Assembly (NCBI GenBank): GCA_963704165.1
Contig: CAVPHD010000007.1
Location: 128,001-192,000 of the forward strand
Source of the DNA: an uncultured delta proteobacterium
GTDB lineage: Bacteria; Myxococcota_A; UBA9160; SZUA-336
DNA length: 64,000 nt
Direction of reading: 5' to 3'
Made by a program: the position numbers and the translations under genes. The notes under the pieces were generated by a model. The model searched no databases. It was not told the DNA's origin and was given only the letters and a program-made list of their open reading frames with translations. Positions 29,400 through 39,155 of this stretch are shown here, piece after piece; position 1 is the stretch's first letter, and every line of letters begins with the position of its first letter.

Positions 29400-30352
29400 G
29401 TGGTCAAGATCATCGGAAACGTGAAGCCCGAGGACGATTACACCCACCCGCTCGGGCCCGAGCCGAACTTCAACGAGTCGGTGTACTTCAACTTCTTCGA
29501 CCGAGCCCAGAATCGCGGCGGATTCCTGCGCATCGGCAACCGCGCCAACGAGGGTCAGGCCGAGATGACCGTGATCGTCTACAACGCGGACGGCTCGGCG
29601 TTCTTCAACTACAAGCGCCCGAAGATCGAATCGAACGACGGCTGGAATGCGGGCGGACTCGAGGTGACCGTGCTCGTGCCCGGCGAGAAGCTGCGCACGC
29701 GCTACGAAGGCTCGGCCGTCTACCTCGCAGACCCGCGCGCGATGAAGGATCCCGGGCGACGCGTTCAAGGAGAACCCGCACAAGAAACTCGTGATCGATC
29801 TCGTGCACGAAGGCGTCGGCCCGATCTACGGCCACGTCGGAAAGCCGGACGACGGCAACGATTTCGCGCGCGCGCACTACGAGCAGCACATGAAGGTGTC
29901 GGGCACGATCTAGATCGAGGACGAGCCGCCGATCGAGATCCGGGGTCACGGGCTGCGCGACCACTCGTGGGGTCCGCGCTACTGGCAGTCGACGCCGTCG
30001 TACCGCTGGATCACGGGCAACTTCGGCGACGATCTCGGCATGGTGATTTCGATCGTCGGTGACCGCGTCGGCGGCGTCTTCCACAAGGGCGAGGAGCTGC
30101 TCCGGATCACGAGCGTCGATCTCGAGACCGACTACGAGAGCGGCACGAACTACCACTCGGTCCTGAGGGCGAACGTGACGCTCTCCGACGGCACGAAGCA
30201 CCGCGTCGAGGGGCGGGTGAACGGCTTCATCCCGCTTCGCAATCGCCGCGCGGGCCAGAACACGCACATCGGCGAGGGCATGACCGAGTACACGCTCGAC
30301 GGCGAGCGCGTCGGCTACGGCCTCATCGGAGTATCTCGACCAGGGCGCATGA
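29400..30352 (+). CDS. Hypothetical protein (AttH/tocopherol cyclase-like beta fold), interrupted by frameshifts near 29755 and 30327 and an in-frame TAG at 29911
   Basis: FNESVYFNFFD, RIGNRANEG, HYEQH, GLRDHSWGPRYWQ and GYGLSEYLDQ can be stitched across frames. Confidence 0.65.
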
Positions 30353-31662
30353 TCGCCCCGGGTTCCCGCGCGTTCGGAATCGACTTCGGCACGACGAACT
30401 CGGCGCTCGCGATGGTCGAGGGCGACTCCGCGCCGAGGCTGGCGCGCTTCGCGCGGGGTGGCGGAATGACGACCCCGATCTTCCGCTCGGTCGTGTACCT
30501 CGAAGAGCGGCGAGAGGGGCGCCTCGCGCCCCGCGAGCTGGCCGGCCCGCGCGCGATCGCGCGGTATCTCGAGGTCGATGAGCCGGGACGCCTGGTGCAG
30601 TCGCTGAAGTCGTTCCTGGCGGCGCGCGACTTCTCGTCCACGCGGATCTTCGACCGGGAATACCGGCTCGAGACGCTGATCGCGGTGCTGCTGCGTGCAC
30701 TCACCCGTGAAGCCGAGAAGGAGTTCGGAAAGCTCGACGGTCCCGTCGTGGTCGGACGCCCCGTCCGCTTCGTCTCGGCGCGCTCACCCGAGGACGAGGC
30801 GCTCGCGCTCACGCGTCTGCGCGCGGCGTTCGCGACGTCGGGGTTCGACGACGTGGTCTTCGAGTACGAGCCAATCGCCGCCGCGTACCACTACGAGCGG
30901 ACGCTCGAGCGCGACGAGCTGATCTTGATCGGCGATTTCGGCGGTGGAACGAGCGACTTCTCGCTGCTCCGCGTCGGGCCCGGCGCGCGCCGCCAGCGCG
31001 CACGCGGAGAGACGCGGGGCGTGCTCGGGAACGCGGGGGTGCCCGTGGCGGGCGACGTCTTCGACGGGCGGATCGTCCGAGCCGCCGTGGCGCCCGCGCT
31101 CGGACTCGGCAGCGAGTTCCGCTCGATCTTCGGCAACGTGCTGCCCATCCCGCGCTGGATCTACTCCCATCTCGAGCGCTGGCATCATCTGTCGTTCCTG
31201 CGCTCGCCGCGCACGCTCGCGCTGCTCTTCGATCTGCGGCGCGACGCGCTCGATCCTGCCCGGCTCGACGCGCTGATCCACGTCGTCCGCGAAGACCTCG
31301 GCTTTCCGCTCCACCGGGCGGTGGAGCGCGCCAAGCTCGCGCTGACGCGCGACGAGGTGACGCGGCTGCGCTTCGTGGACGCTCCGGCGCGCGTCGAGAC
31401 CCCGATCGCGCGCGCCGAGTTCGAGAGCTGGATCGCACCGGAGCTCGACGCGATCGAGGCCTGTGTCGATGGTCTGCTCCAGAGCACGGGTCTCGCGCGA
31501 GCCGACGTCGATCGCGTCTTCCTGACCGGCGGCTCGTCTCTCGTCCCCGCGGTGCGAGCGCTCTTCGCGTCGCGATTCGGCGTCGACCGCGTTCGCGCGG
31601 GCGACGAGCTGGTTTCGGTCGCGAGCGGCCTCGCGTTGCGGGCGCAGGAACTCGCGGGCTAG
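30349..31662 (+). CDS. Hsp70-family ATPase (YegD-like)
   Basis: GIDFGTTNS, RLVQSLKSFL, VVGRPVRF, EPIAAA, DFGGGTSDFS, FLTGGSS; no substrate-binding domain. Confidence 0.9.
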   Translation: MIAPGSRAFGIDFGTTNSALAMVEGDSAPRLARFARGGGMTTPIFRSVVYLEERREGRLAPRELAGPRAIARYLEVDEPGRLVQSLKSFLAARDFSSTRIFDREYRLETLIAVLLRALTREAEKEFGKLDGPVVVGRPVRFVSARSPEDEALALTRLRAAFATSGFDDVVFEYEPIAAAYHYERTLERDELILIGDFGGGTSDFSLLRVGPGARRQRARGETRGVLGNAGVPVAGDVFDGRIVRAAVAPALGLGSEFRSIFGNVLPIPRWIYSHLERWHHLSFLRSPRTLALLFDLRRDALDPARLDALIHVVREDLGFPLHRAVERAKLALTRDEVTRLRFVDAPARVETPIARAEFESWIAPELDAIEACVDGLLQSTGLARADVDRVFLTGGSSLVPAVRALFASRFGVDRVRAGDELVSVASGLALRAQELAG

Positions 31663-32090
31663 TCGGGCGTCGCGATGGCGACCGGGTCGAGCCGGATCGG
31701 CACCGACTTCGTCCCGTCCCGGATCTGGCCGACGACCCGGTCGGCCCACGTATAGTGCTCCCGCATCAGCTCGTGGATCCGGTCGCGGATCGCCGGATCG
31801 TCGCGGACGGGCACGGCCCGGAAGCGGATCGCCTCGCCACGGCGTTCGACCACGACGTCGGGGTTCGCGTCGATGCGCTGGAGCCAGGTGTTGTCCGGCA
31901 TGCCGGCGCGGAGCCAGGCATGGCCCCCGTCGTCGACGATCCAGACGCGCGTCTCGACGTCGCCGTCGGGTCCAGCCGTGTGCAGCGTGACGATCTCGCC
32001 GCCGAGCTCCGACGCGCGCCATGACTCCGATTCCGAGCGCGAGCGCGACGAACGACGCAGCACGGCGACGATCTTCAGCAGTCCGCGCAT
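31659..32090 (-). CDS. Split beta-barrel (DDN/DUF2255-like) flavin/F420-binding protein; N-terminus probably frameshifted
   Basis: EIVTLHT, ETRVWIV, WLQRIDANPDV, MREHYTWAD. Confidence 0.55.
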   Translation of the reverse strand: MRGLLKIVAVLRRSSRSRSESESWRASELGGEIVTLHTAGPDGDVETRVWIVDDGGHAWLRAGMPDNTWLQRIDANPDVVVERRGEAIRFRAVPVRDDPAIRDRIHELMREHYTWADRVVGQIRDGTKSVPIRLDPVAIATPD

Positions 32091-32180
32091 CCGCTTCTCC
32101 TCGGCCTTCGGCCGCCCGTAGTCTATCGGATGGGCCGGATCCGGGGAAATCTGGGGCCCTTGGACTGTGCATCGGCGTGC

Positions 32181-32210
32181 TTGACATCGTCAATTGACAG
32201 TGTCAATAAT
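32181..32210 (+). promoter_or_regulatory. Promoter with two tandem TTGAC-N3-GTCAA palindromes (TetR operators)
   Basis: TTGACATCGTCAA (32181-32193) and TTGACAGTGTCAA (32194-32206); TTGACA-N18-AATAAT lies just before the TetR GTG. Confidence 0.8.
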
Positions 32211-32215
32211 GCGCC

Positions 32216-32843
32216 GTGCCTCGAAACCGTCCCGAGCGACGACGTCGACGCCTTCCGCCAGCGTCTGTGCGCGTCGCCGAACGGCTCTTCGCGCGAGCGC
32301 GGCTTCGAGGGCGTGAGCTTCCGCGTGCTCGCCGACGAGCTCGGCGTGCAGCCGGATGACCCCGTACCGCTACTTCCGCGACAAGGCCGACATCTTCGCG
32401 GCGGTGCGCACCGCCGCCTATCTGCGGTTCGCGTCCAGCCAGGAGAAGAGCGGAGCGGACGAGCGCGATCCGGGCGCGCGGTTGCTCGCGCTCGGGCCGG
32501 GCCTACATCGACTTCGCGCTCGTCGAGCCGGACGCCTACCGGTTGATGTTCGAGCTCGGTCAGCCGGATCCGGACGGACACCCGGAGCTTCGCGAAGCCG
32601 AGCTGCGGTCGTGGACGCCTTTGCGCGACGCCGTGCGCGCCGCGGTCGATGCGGGCCTCTTGCAGGGCGACGTCGATCTGCTCGCCCACGGTTTCTGGGC
32701 GGGCGTACACGGACTCGTGTCGCTGCACCTCGCGGGCAAGCTCGCGCACGGTCTCGACATCGCGCAGCTCGCGCGACCGCTGCTCTCGCAGCTCGTCGTC
32801 GGTGGAGTCGCGCGCGAACCCCGAATCGAGGAGGACCGCGTAG
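32216..32843 (+). CDS. TetR family regulator with WHG-type C-terminal domain (several frameshifts)
   Basis: ERGFEGVSFRVLADELG..MTPYRYFRDK, YIDFALVEPDAYRLMF and WAGVHGLVSL lie in different frames. Confidence 0.8.
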
Positions 32844-34363
32844 TGGCACGGCAGGACCCGCGGCTCGACGACCGCTGGGACGTGATCGTGATCGGATCCG
32901 GACTCGGCGGGCTCGGCGCCGCCGCGCGGCTTTCGCGCACCGGCTTGCGCGTGCTCGTGCTCGAGCAGCACGTCTTCGCCGGCGGCTACGCGCACCACTT
33001 CCTGCGCAAGGTGCGGGGGACGAAGATCGTCTACGACTTCGACGTCGCCCTGCACCAGACCGGGCGATCTGCTCCCGGGGCGCTCCGTGCACCGGCATGC
33101 TCACCGAGCTCGGCGTGCTGCCCCAGCTGGAGCTGCGCCGCTTCGACATCGCCTATCGCAGCCGCGGACCGCGGCACGACCTGCAGATCCCGGCGGACGC
33201 CGACGCGTACGAGGCGCTGCTCGTCGAGCTGCTACCCGGAGCAGGCGCGCGGCGTCCGCGACCTGTTCCAGACGCTGCGCGAGATCGACGCGACCGGCCC
33301 CGACGGCGCGCCGAGCGAAGCCGCGCTCGCGGCGCTGGGGCTCTCCCTCGCGGAGCTGATCGACGCAGCACGTCCGCGACGAACGCATCCAGGCGATCTT
33401 CTCGACCATCTGGGGCTACCTCGGCCTGGTGCCCGGCGAGGTGTCGGCGTTCCTGTACGCGCGAATGTGGTCGAGCTTCCACCTCGGCGGCTGCTTCTAC
33501 TTCAAGGGGGGCGGACAGGCGCTGTCCGACGCGTTCGTGCGCGTGATCGAGAGCCATCGGGGACGCGTCCTGCTGCGCCGCGAGGTCGCGCGAATCGACA
33601 CCGAGAACGGACGGGTGGTCGGAGTGCGAGACGCGGCACGGAGATCGATTCCATGCGCCCGTCGTGATCAGCAACGCGGCGGCGCCGCTGACCTACCACG
33701 TGCTGCTCGACGAGCCGGCGCTGGCGGCGGCCGAACTCGCCGCGCGTCGACGGCCTGCCGATCGCGTGCTCGATCCACCAGGCCTACGTCGGCATCCGAG
33801 GCGATGCCGCCCGGCTGGGGCTCGCCGATCGCGGCGCGTTCTTCATGCCGACCTACGACTTCGCGGAGGAGCGCGCCGCGATGCAGGCGGGCGCTTTCCG
33901 AAAGCAGAGCTGGATGCTCGGCAATCACGACCTGGCCGACCCCGGTCACGCGCCCGCGGGTCGCTCGATCCTGCACGCGGCGATCATGGCCGACGGACGA
34001 CTCTGGCACGACGACGAAGCGGTCTACCGAAAGCGGAAGCTGGAGCTCGAGGAGCTCCTCGTCGATCGACTCGCGGAAGCGATCCCGGACGTTCGCGAGC
34101 GGATCGAGGTGATCGAGATCGGCACGCCCCACACGATGCAGCGCTACTCGTCGAATCCGGAGGGGTCGATCTACGGCTACGCCTCGTCGCCGACGGCGCA
34201 CAGCATTCATCGGCCCGACGCCCGGAGCTCCGTCCCCGGCCTCTATCTCGCCGGCGCCTGGACGTTTCCCGGGCCGGGGTTCTCCGGCGCGATGCACTCC
34301 GGCTATCGGACCGCGGGACTGGTCATCGAGGACGTCGAAGGACGCCGCGCCGGCGCCGCTTGA
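32843..34363 (+). CDS. Phytoene desaturase-like FAD-dependent oxidoreductase (multiple frameshifts)
   Basis: DVIVIGSGLGGL, LEQH..AGG, FDVALH, YFKGGGQALS, VISNA, TPHTMQRY...PEGSIYG, GLYLAGAWTFPGPG; SD GAGGAG before GTG 32843. Confidence 0.82.
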
Positions 34364-34407
34364 CCTCGCTCGGGTAGACTCGAAGCGGGAACGAGCGGGG
34401 AGGGCGC

Positions 34408-35622
34408 GTGAGCCTCTGGAAGATGGCGTGGCGCAACGTCGGGCGGAATCGCCGCCGCACGCTGGTGACGGTCGGTGCGATGGCCTTCGGCCTGTTCGCG
34501 ATGGTCATCTACTCCGGATTGCTCGAAGGCTACCTCGCGAATCTCGAGCGCAGCGTCGTCGACATCGAGGTCGGGGACGTGCAGATCTTCAACGCGGTCT
34601 ACCGCGACAAGCCCTCGGTCCACGAGCGGATCGAAGATCCCGAGCGCGTGATCGCCGCCCTCGAAGCTTCCGGACTCCGCGCGAGCCCGCGCCTGCTCGC
34701 GTTCGGACTGGCCGCGGGCCCGAACGCATCGACCGGAGCGAGCTTTCGCGGCGTCGTTCCCGATCGGGATGCCCGCGTGAGCCGGGTGTACGCCGAGGTC
34801 GAAACCGGATCGTGGCTGGATCCGGAAACACCGAAAGGTGTCGTCATCGGACGACGGGTCGCGCGCGCGCTCGGCCTCGGAGTCGGCGACGAGCTCCTGG
34901 TGTTCTCGGAAAGCGCGGACGGTGGCATGGCGTACGACCTCTTCGAGGTGCGCGGCATCCTTCGCGCGATCGGGGAGGCGACCGACCGAACGGCCGTGTT
35001 CATGGTGGACGGGGCGTTCCGTGCGCTCTTCGAGGTCGCGAGCGGCGCGCACCAGATCCTCGTGCGGCGCGCGGACGACGTTCCGCTCGAAGTCGCCGGA
35101 GCGCACGCGCGTGAAGCGGCTCCGGGTCTCGACGTCGCGACGTGGCGAGCGCTGATGCCGACGGTGGCCTCGATGCTCGATTCGACGCGCGGCCTGATCG
35201 TCGCGATCTTCGTGATCGCGTACCTCGCGGTCGCGCTGCTCGTCCTGAACGCGATGCTGATGGCGGTGTTCGAGCGCGTGCGCGAGTTCGGGATCCTGAA
35301 GGCGCTCGGCGTCGGCCCGCCCCAGATCTTCGCTCTGATCCTCGCCGAGAGCGCAATCCAGACGGCGCTGGCCATCGGCGCCGGCCTCTCGATCGCGGCG
35401 CCGGCGCTCGTCTATCTCTCGCGCGTCGGGATCGACATCGTCGGTCTCGCGGGCGTCTCGGTGATGGGGATCGCGATGGAGCGCTTCTGGCGCGCCTCGG
35501 TCGAGCCCGCGACGGTGATGACCCCGGTCGGGGTGCTGGTTCTGCTCGTCGGGATCGCCGTGCTGTATCCGGCCGCGAAGGCCGCGCTGATCCAGCCCGT
35601 CGATGCGATCCGCCACCACTAG
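34408..35622 (+). CDS. LolC/E-FtsX-like ABC permease
   Basis: MAWRNVGRNRRRT, VFERVREFGILKALG, YPAAKAA..PVDAI. Confidence 0.9.
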   Translation: MSLWKMAWRNVGRNRRRTLVTVGAMAFGLFAMVIYSGLLEGYLANLERSVVDIEVGDVQIFNAVYRDKPSVHERIEDPERVIAALEASGLRASPRLLAFGLAAGPNASTGASFRGVVPDRDARVSRVYAEVETGSWLDPETPKGVVIGRRVARALGLGVGDELLVFSESADGGMAYDLFEVRGILRAIGEATDRTAVFMVDGAFRALFEVASGAHQILVRRADDVPLEVAGAHAREAAPGLDVATWRALMPTVASMLDSTRGLIVAIFVIAYLAVALLVLNAMLMAVFERVREFGILKALGVGPPQIFALILAESAIQTALAIGAGLSIAAPALVYLSRVGIDIVGLAGVSVMGIAMERFWRASVEPATVMTPVGVLVLLVGIAVLYPAAKAALIQPVDAIRHH

Positions 35623-35625
35623 GAG

Positions 35626-36873
35626 ATGGCGATGGCGAGAACTCGAATCGCTCGCATGGCCTGGCGGAACCTCTGGCGGAACCGGCGACGCACGGTGCTC
35701 ACGCTCACGTCGATCTCCTTCGGCCTCTTCCTCGCGGTGATCATGACGGGACTGCAGGAGGGCAGCTTCGCGGCGATGATCGACATGGCCGCGCGGCTCG
35801 GTCCCGGCCACGTGACCCTTCAACATCCGGACGCGATCGATTCGCCCGGGCTCGGGCTCACGGTGAGCCACAGCGCCGAGCTGCGCGCGAGCGCGCGGCG
35901 CGAGCCCCATGTCGCGCGCGCGGTCGAGCGCATCTCCGGTCAGGTGATGCTCTCGACGGCGGGGCAGGTCTATGGCGCGGGCTTCATCGCGTTCGATCCG
36001 GCGGGCGAGGACGGGACGACGCTCTCGCTCCTCGATTCCGTCGTCGAGGGCAAGAACTTCGGGAACGCGGACGTCGGCGGGGTCCTGCTCGGGCGCAAGC
36101 TCGCGGAGAATCTCGGAGCCGGCCTCGGACGCAAGGTCGTGTACACGCTGACCGACAAGAACGGCGAGCTCACCCGCGACGTCGCGCGCGTTTCCGGAAT
36201 TCTCGAAACGGGGACGCCGAGTCTCGATGCCTCGATCGCGTTGTTCCCGATCGACCGAATGCGGCGGGTGCTCGGCTACGGTGCGGACGAGAGCGGCCAG
36301 GTCGCGATCTTCGTCGACGATCAGCGCCGCGCGGCCCGGGTCGCGTTCGGCCTCGTGGGCGACGACTTCGAAGCGCTGCCGTGGTTCGAGATGAACGCCG
36401 ATCTCGCGAGCTTCATCACGATGAAGATCGTCGGCGCACGCATCATGCTGACGATCATCGTGCTGCTGATCGCCGCGGGGATCTTCAACACCATCTTCGT
36501 CTCGGTGATGGAGCGAGTCCGGGAGTTCGGCGTCCTGCTGGCGATCGGCTTCAGCCCGGGACGGCTCTTCGGCATGGTGATGCTGGAGAGCTTGTTTCTC
36601 GGACTGGTCGGCGTCGCGGTCGGCGCGCTGATCACCGCGTGGCCGTACTGGTACCTGTCCACGACGGGATTCGACATCGCGAATCTCGTCGATGCGTCCC
36701 AAGCCGACGTCGGCGGCGTCAGCCTCGCGATGGACGTGATGCGCGCGCGCATCTTTCCCGAGAGCCTGGCCGTCATCGTGATCTCGACGGTCGCGGCGAC
36801 GCTGCTCTCGGGACTTTGGCCGGCGTGGAAGGCGGGGCGCGTCGCGCCCGTCGACTCGATCCGACTGGTGTAG
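35626..36873 (+). CDS. LolC/E-FtsX-like ABC permease
   Basis: MAWRNLWRNRRRT, SVMERVREFGVLLAIG, WPAWKA. Confidence 0.9.
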   Translation: MAMARTRIARMAWRNLWRNRRRTVLTLTSISFGLFLAVIMTGLQEGSFAAMIDMAARLGPGHVTLQHPDAIDSPGLGLTVSHSAELRASARREPHVARAVERISGQVMLSTAGQVYGAGFIAFDPAGEDGTTLSLLDSVVEGKNFGNADVGGVLLGRKLAENLGAGLGRKVVYTLTDKNGELTRDVARVSGILETGTPSLDASIALFPIDRMRRVLGYGADESGQVAIFVDDQRRAARVAFGLVGDDFEALPWFEMNADLASFITMKIVGARIMLTIIVLLIAAGIFNTIFVSVMERVREFGVLLAIGFSPGRLFGMVMLESLFLGLVGVAVGALITAWPYWYLSTTGFDIANLVDASQADVGGVSLAMDVMRARIFPESLAVIVISTVAATLLSGLWPAWKAGRVAPVDSIRLV

Positions 36874-36884
36874 AAGGAGGCGAG

Positions 36885-37601
36885 GTGGCGGAAACCGCGA
36901 TCGTCGAGACCCGGCGACTCACGAAGCTGTATCACCAGGGCGCCGTCGAGGTGCAGGCGCTTCGCGGCGTCGATCTCGTGATCGCGCCCGGGGAGTTCAC
37001 GGCCATCTGTGGACCGTCGGGCTCCGGCAAGACCACGCTCCTGAACCTGATCGGGGGTCTCGACCGGCCGACATCGGGCGAGGTCTGGGTCGATGGCGTG
37101 GAGCTCGGCACGCTCGGCCGCCGCGCGCTCTCGGCGCTGCGCCGCGACCGGATCGGGTTCGTCTTCCAAGCCTACAACCTGATGCCCGTGCTGACGGCCT
37201 TCGAGAACGCCGAGATCGTGCTCAGCTTGCAGGGGGTCGATCCCGCCGAGCGTCGCAAGCGCGTGCAGGCCGTGCTCGCCGACGTCGGGCTCGTCGGCTT
37301 GGACGACCGCCGACCCGACGAGCTCTCGGGGGGACAGCAGCAGCGCGTCGCGATCGCGCGCGCGATCGTGCCGAGCCCGGCGATCGTGCTCGCCGACGAG
37401 CCGACCGCCAACGTGGACTCCGAGACCGCGGAGCGACTCCTCGACCTGATGGCGAGCCTGAACCGCGAGCGCGGAATCACGTTCCTGTTCTCGACCCACG
37501 ATCCGCGCGTGATGGCCCGCGCGCGGCGGATCGTGCGCGTCGTCGACGGCCGGATCGAGAGTGACGCACCCGGCGCGGGGTCGTCCGGAGTCCCGAAGTG
37601 A
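36885..37601 (+). CDS. ABC transporter ATP-binding protein (LolD-like)
   Basis: GPSGSGKTT, GFVFQAYNL, LSGGQQQR, ADEPT, STHD; SD AAGGAGG. Confidence 0.94.
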   Translation: MAETAIVETRRLTKLYHQGAVEVQALRGVDLVIAPGEFTAICGPSGSGKTTLLNLIGGLDRPTSGEVWVDGVELGTLGRRALSALRRDRIGFVFQAYNLMPVLTAFENAEIVLSLQGVDPAERRKRVQAVLADVGLVGLDDRRPDELSGGQQQRVAIARAIVPSPAIVLADEPTANVDSETAERLLDLMASLNRERGITFLFSTHDPRVMARARRIVRVVDGRIESDAPGAGSSGVPK

Positions 37602-37972
37602 CGCTCCGGTCGTTCGTCTGGACCTGCGCCGTGCTCGTCCTCGCGACCTCGGCCGGTCCGGCGGCGGCGGACTCCGAGCGGCGCCTGAAATCCGGCCGCG
37701 CGGAGATCGAAACGGGTGACTAGAAGGATGCCGCCGACGATTTCGCGCGCGGCCTCGTCGAGGCGCTCTTTCTCGAGGCACGCGCGATCGCGGAGGCCGC
37801 GCTTCCGCTGCACGACGCCGAGTTCGACATCGGCCTGCGCGGAGCGGGCGGCGTGCGCATCGAGCGGATGGTTCAGGGGGAAGTGCTGCTGGGACAGGGC
37901 GTCCTTCGCGAGTACGTCGTGCGGGTCGACTACGCGCGCAAGAAACCCGGTCTGACGCCCGTCGCGCGCTGA
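37598..37972 (+). pseudogene. Short secreted-protein ORF with an internal TAG (37721); C-terminus resembles a retropepsin-like tail
   Basis: Signal-peptide-like VTLRSFVWTCAVLVLATSAGPAAA; the same frame continues after the TAG to LLGQGVLREYVVRVDY...TGA 37972. Confidence 0.4.
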
Positions 37973-38008
37973 GCGCGCACCCGGCGCTTTGCAGAAGGCG
38001 CATCAGGA

Positions 38009-39058
38009 TCACCCGGAACGGTCACCCCGAACGAATTCGACGGCCCGACCGAGGATTTCGAGCTGGTCCGACGTCTTCGACGCGAGCGGGTGCAGCATCA
38101 GGTCCGTGATGCCGGCGTCCCGGTACATTCCGATGCGCGCACGCACGTGGGTCTCGTCGCCGATGATCGTCGTCTTCCGCACCATGTCGTCGGGGACGGC
38201 GCGGATCGCTTCGTCCCGCTTCCGGTCGAGCCAGAGCTTGCGGACCTCGACGCACGCGTCCTGAAAGCCCGCGCGCGCGAAGGCGTCGTTGTAGAAGTTC
38301 ATCGTCGGCGATCCCATCGCCGAGAGCTGGAACGCGAGCTGCATCTTCACCGCGGGGAAGAACCTCTCGGGGTCGCCGGTGATGGCGATCGGCGCGTCGA
38401 CGCAGAGCACGAGGTCCGCGAGCTTCCGTCCGGCTCGCTCGGCTCCTCTGCGAAGGTACTCCAGGTGCGCCTCGGGCGCGTCCGGAGTGAAGGAGGTGCC
38501 GAGCCACCCGTCCGCGATCGCTCCCGTCATCTCGAGCGCGCGAGGCGCAAGCGTGGCGAGGTAGATCGGGATCGCGGCGGGCGGTTGCGAGATGCGAAGC
38601 GCCTTGCCCCGTCCGCCCGCGCGAGGCAGCTGAAGCAGCTCGCCATCGTAGGCCAGCGTCTCGCCGCGTAGCGCCATGCGGATGATCTCGACCGTTTCGC
38701 GCATTCGTGTGGCGGGACGATCGAAGTGCGCGCCGTGAAGACCCTCGACGACCTGCGGACCCGAGTTCCCGAGTCCGAGCAGGAAGCGTCCGTTGCTGAC
38801 GGTGTTCATCGACAGAGCGGTCATCGCCGTCGCGGCCGCGGTGCGGGCGCAGACCTGCATGATTCCGGTCCCGAGCCGGAGCCGTTCGGTCCGCGCCGCG
38901 AGGAAGGCGAGCGGAACGATCGCATCCATCCCCCAAGCCTCGGCGCTCCAGGCCTGGTCCACTCCGACTCGTTCCGCCTCGATCGCGAGCCGGACCATCG
39001 CCTCGAACGCCTCACGTCCCCCGGAGGTCGGGCCACCGACCCGAATCGCGATCTTCAT
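38009..39058 (-). CDS. LLM-class (probably F420-dependent) oxidoreductase
   Basis: AEAWGMDA, TERLRLGTGIMQ, GRFLLGLG.SGPQVVEGLHG, IPIYLA, GAIADGW. Confidence 0.9.
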   Translation of the reverse strand: MKIAIRVGGPTSGGREAFEAMVRLAIEAERVGVDQAWSAEAWGMDAIVPLAFLAARTERLRLGTGIMQVCARTAAATAMTALSMNTVSNGRFLLGLGNSGPQVVEGLHGAHFDRPATRMRETVEIIRMALRGETLAYDGELLQLPRAGGRGKALRISQPPAAIPIYLATLAPRALEMTGAIADGWLGTSFTPDAPEAHLEYLRRGAERAGRKLADLVLCVDAPIAITGDPERFFPAVKMQLAFQLSAMGSPTMNFYNDAFARAGFQDACVEVRKLWLDRKRDEAIRAVPDDMVRKTTIIGDETHVRARIGMYRDAGITDLMLHPLASKTSDQLEILGRAVEFVRGDRSG

Positions 39059-39100
39059 ATGGAGGTCTCCTGAGCGAGGGGCGTGAGGACAGCGAACTTT

Positions 39101-39117
39101 CGGCACGAAACGTGCCA
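39101..39117. promoter_or_regulatory. Palindromic element matching the sigma54 -24/-12 spacing on both strands
   Basis: + strand CGGCACGAAACGTGC and - strand TGGCACGTTTCGTGC are both GG-N10-GC, and lie between divergent genes. Confidence 0.45.
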
Positions 39118-39155
39118 TGATCTCCGAGTCGCCGACAACCCGGTGAGCTGAGCGA

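Noticed and set aside
29911..29913. Pyrrolysine or genome-wide TAG reassignment
   Set aside because: TAG is the evident stop of many genes in the window, and no pyl genes or methylamine methyltransferase context are present.
30040..31662. 540-aa ORF suggesting an N-terminally extended Hsp70
   Set aside because: The first ~100 aa are the tail of the upstream gene (…GLSEYLDQGA* after one indel). Hsp70 starts at the ATGA overlap at 30349.
32543..33667. Apparent TetR-oxidoreductase fusion ORF
   Set aside because: A strong SD (GAGGAG) and a TAGTG stop/start overlap at 32841-32845, in a heavily frameshifted region, point to two genes joined by an indel error.
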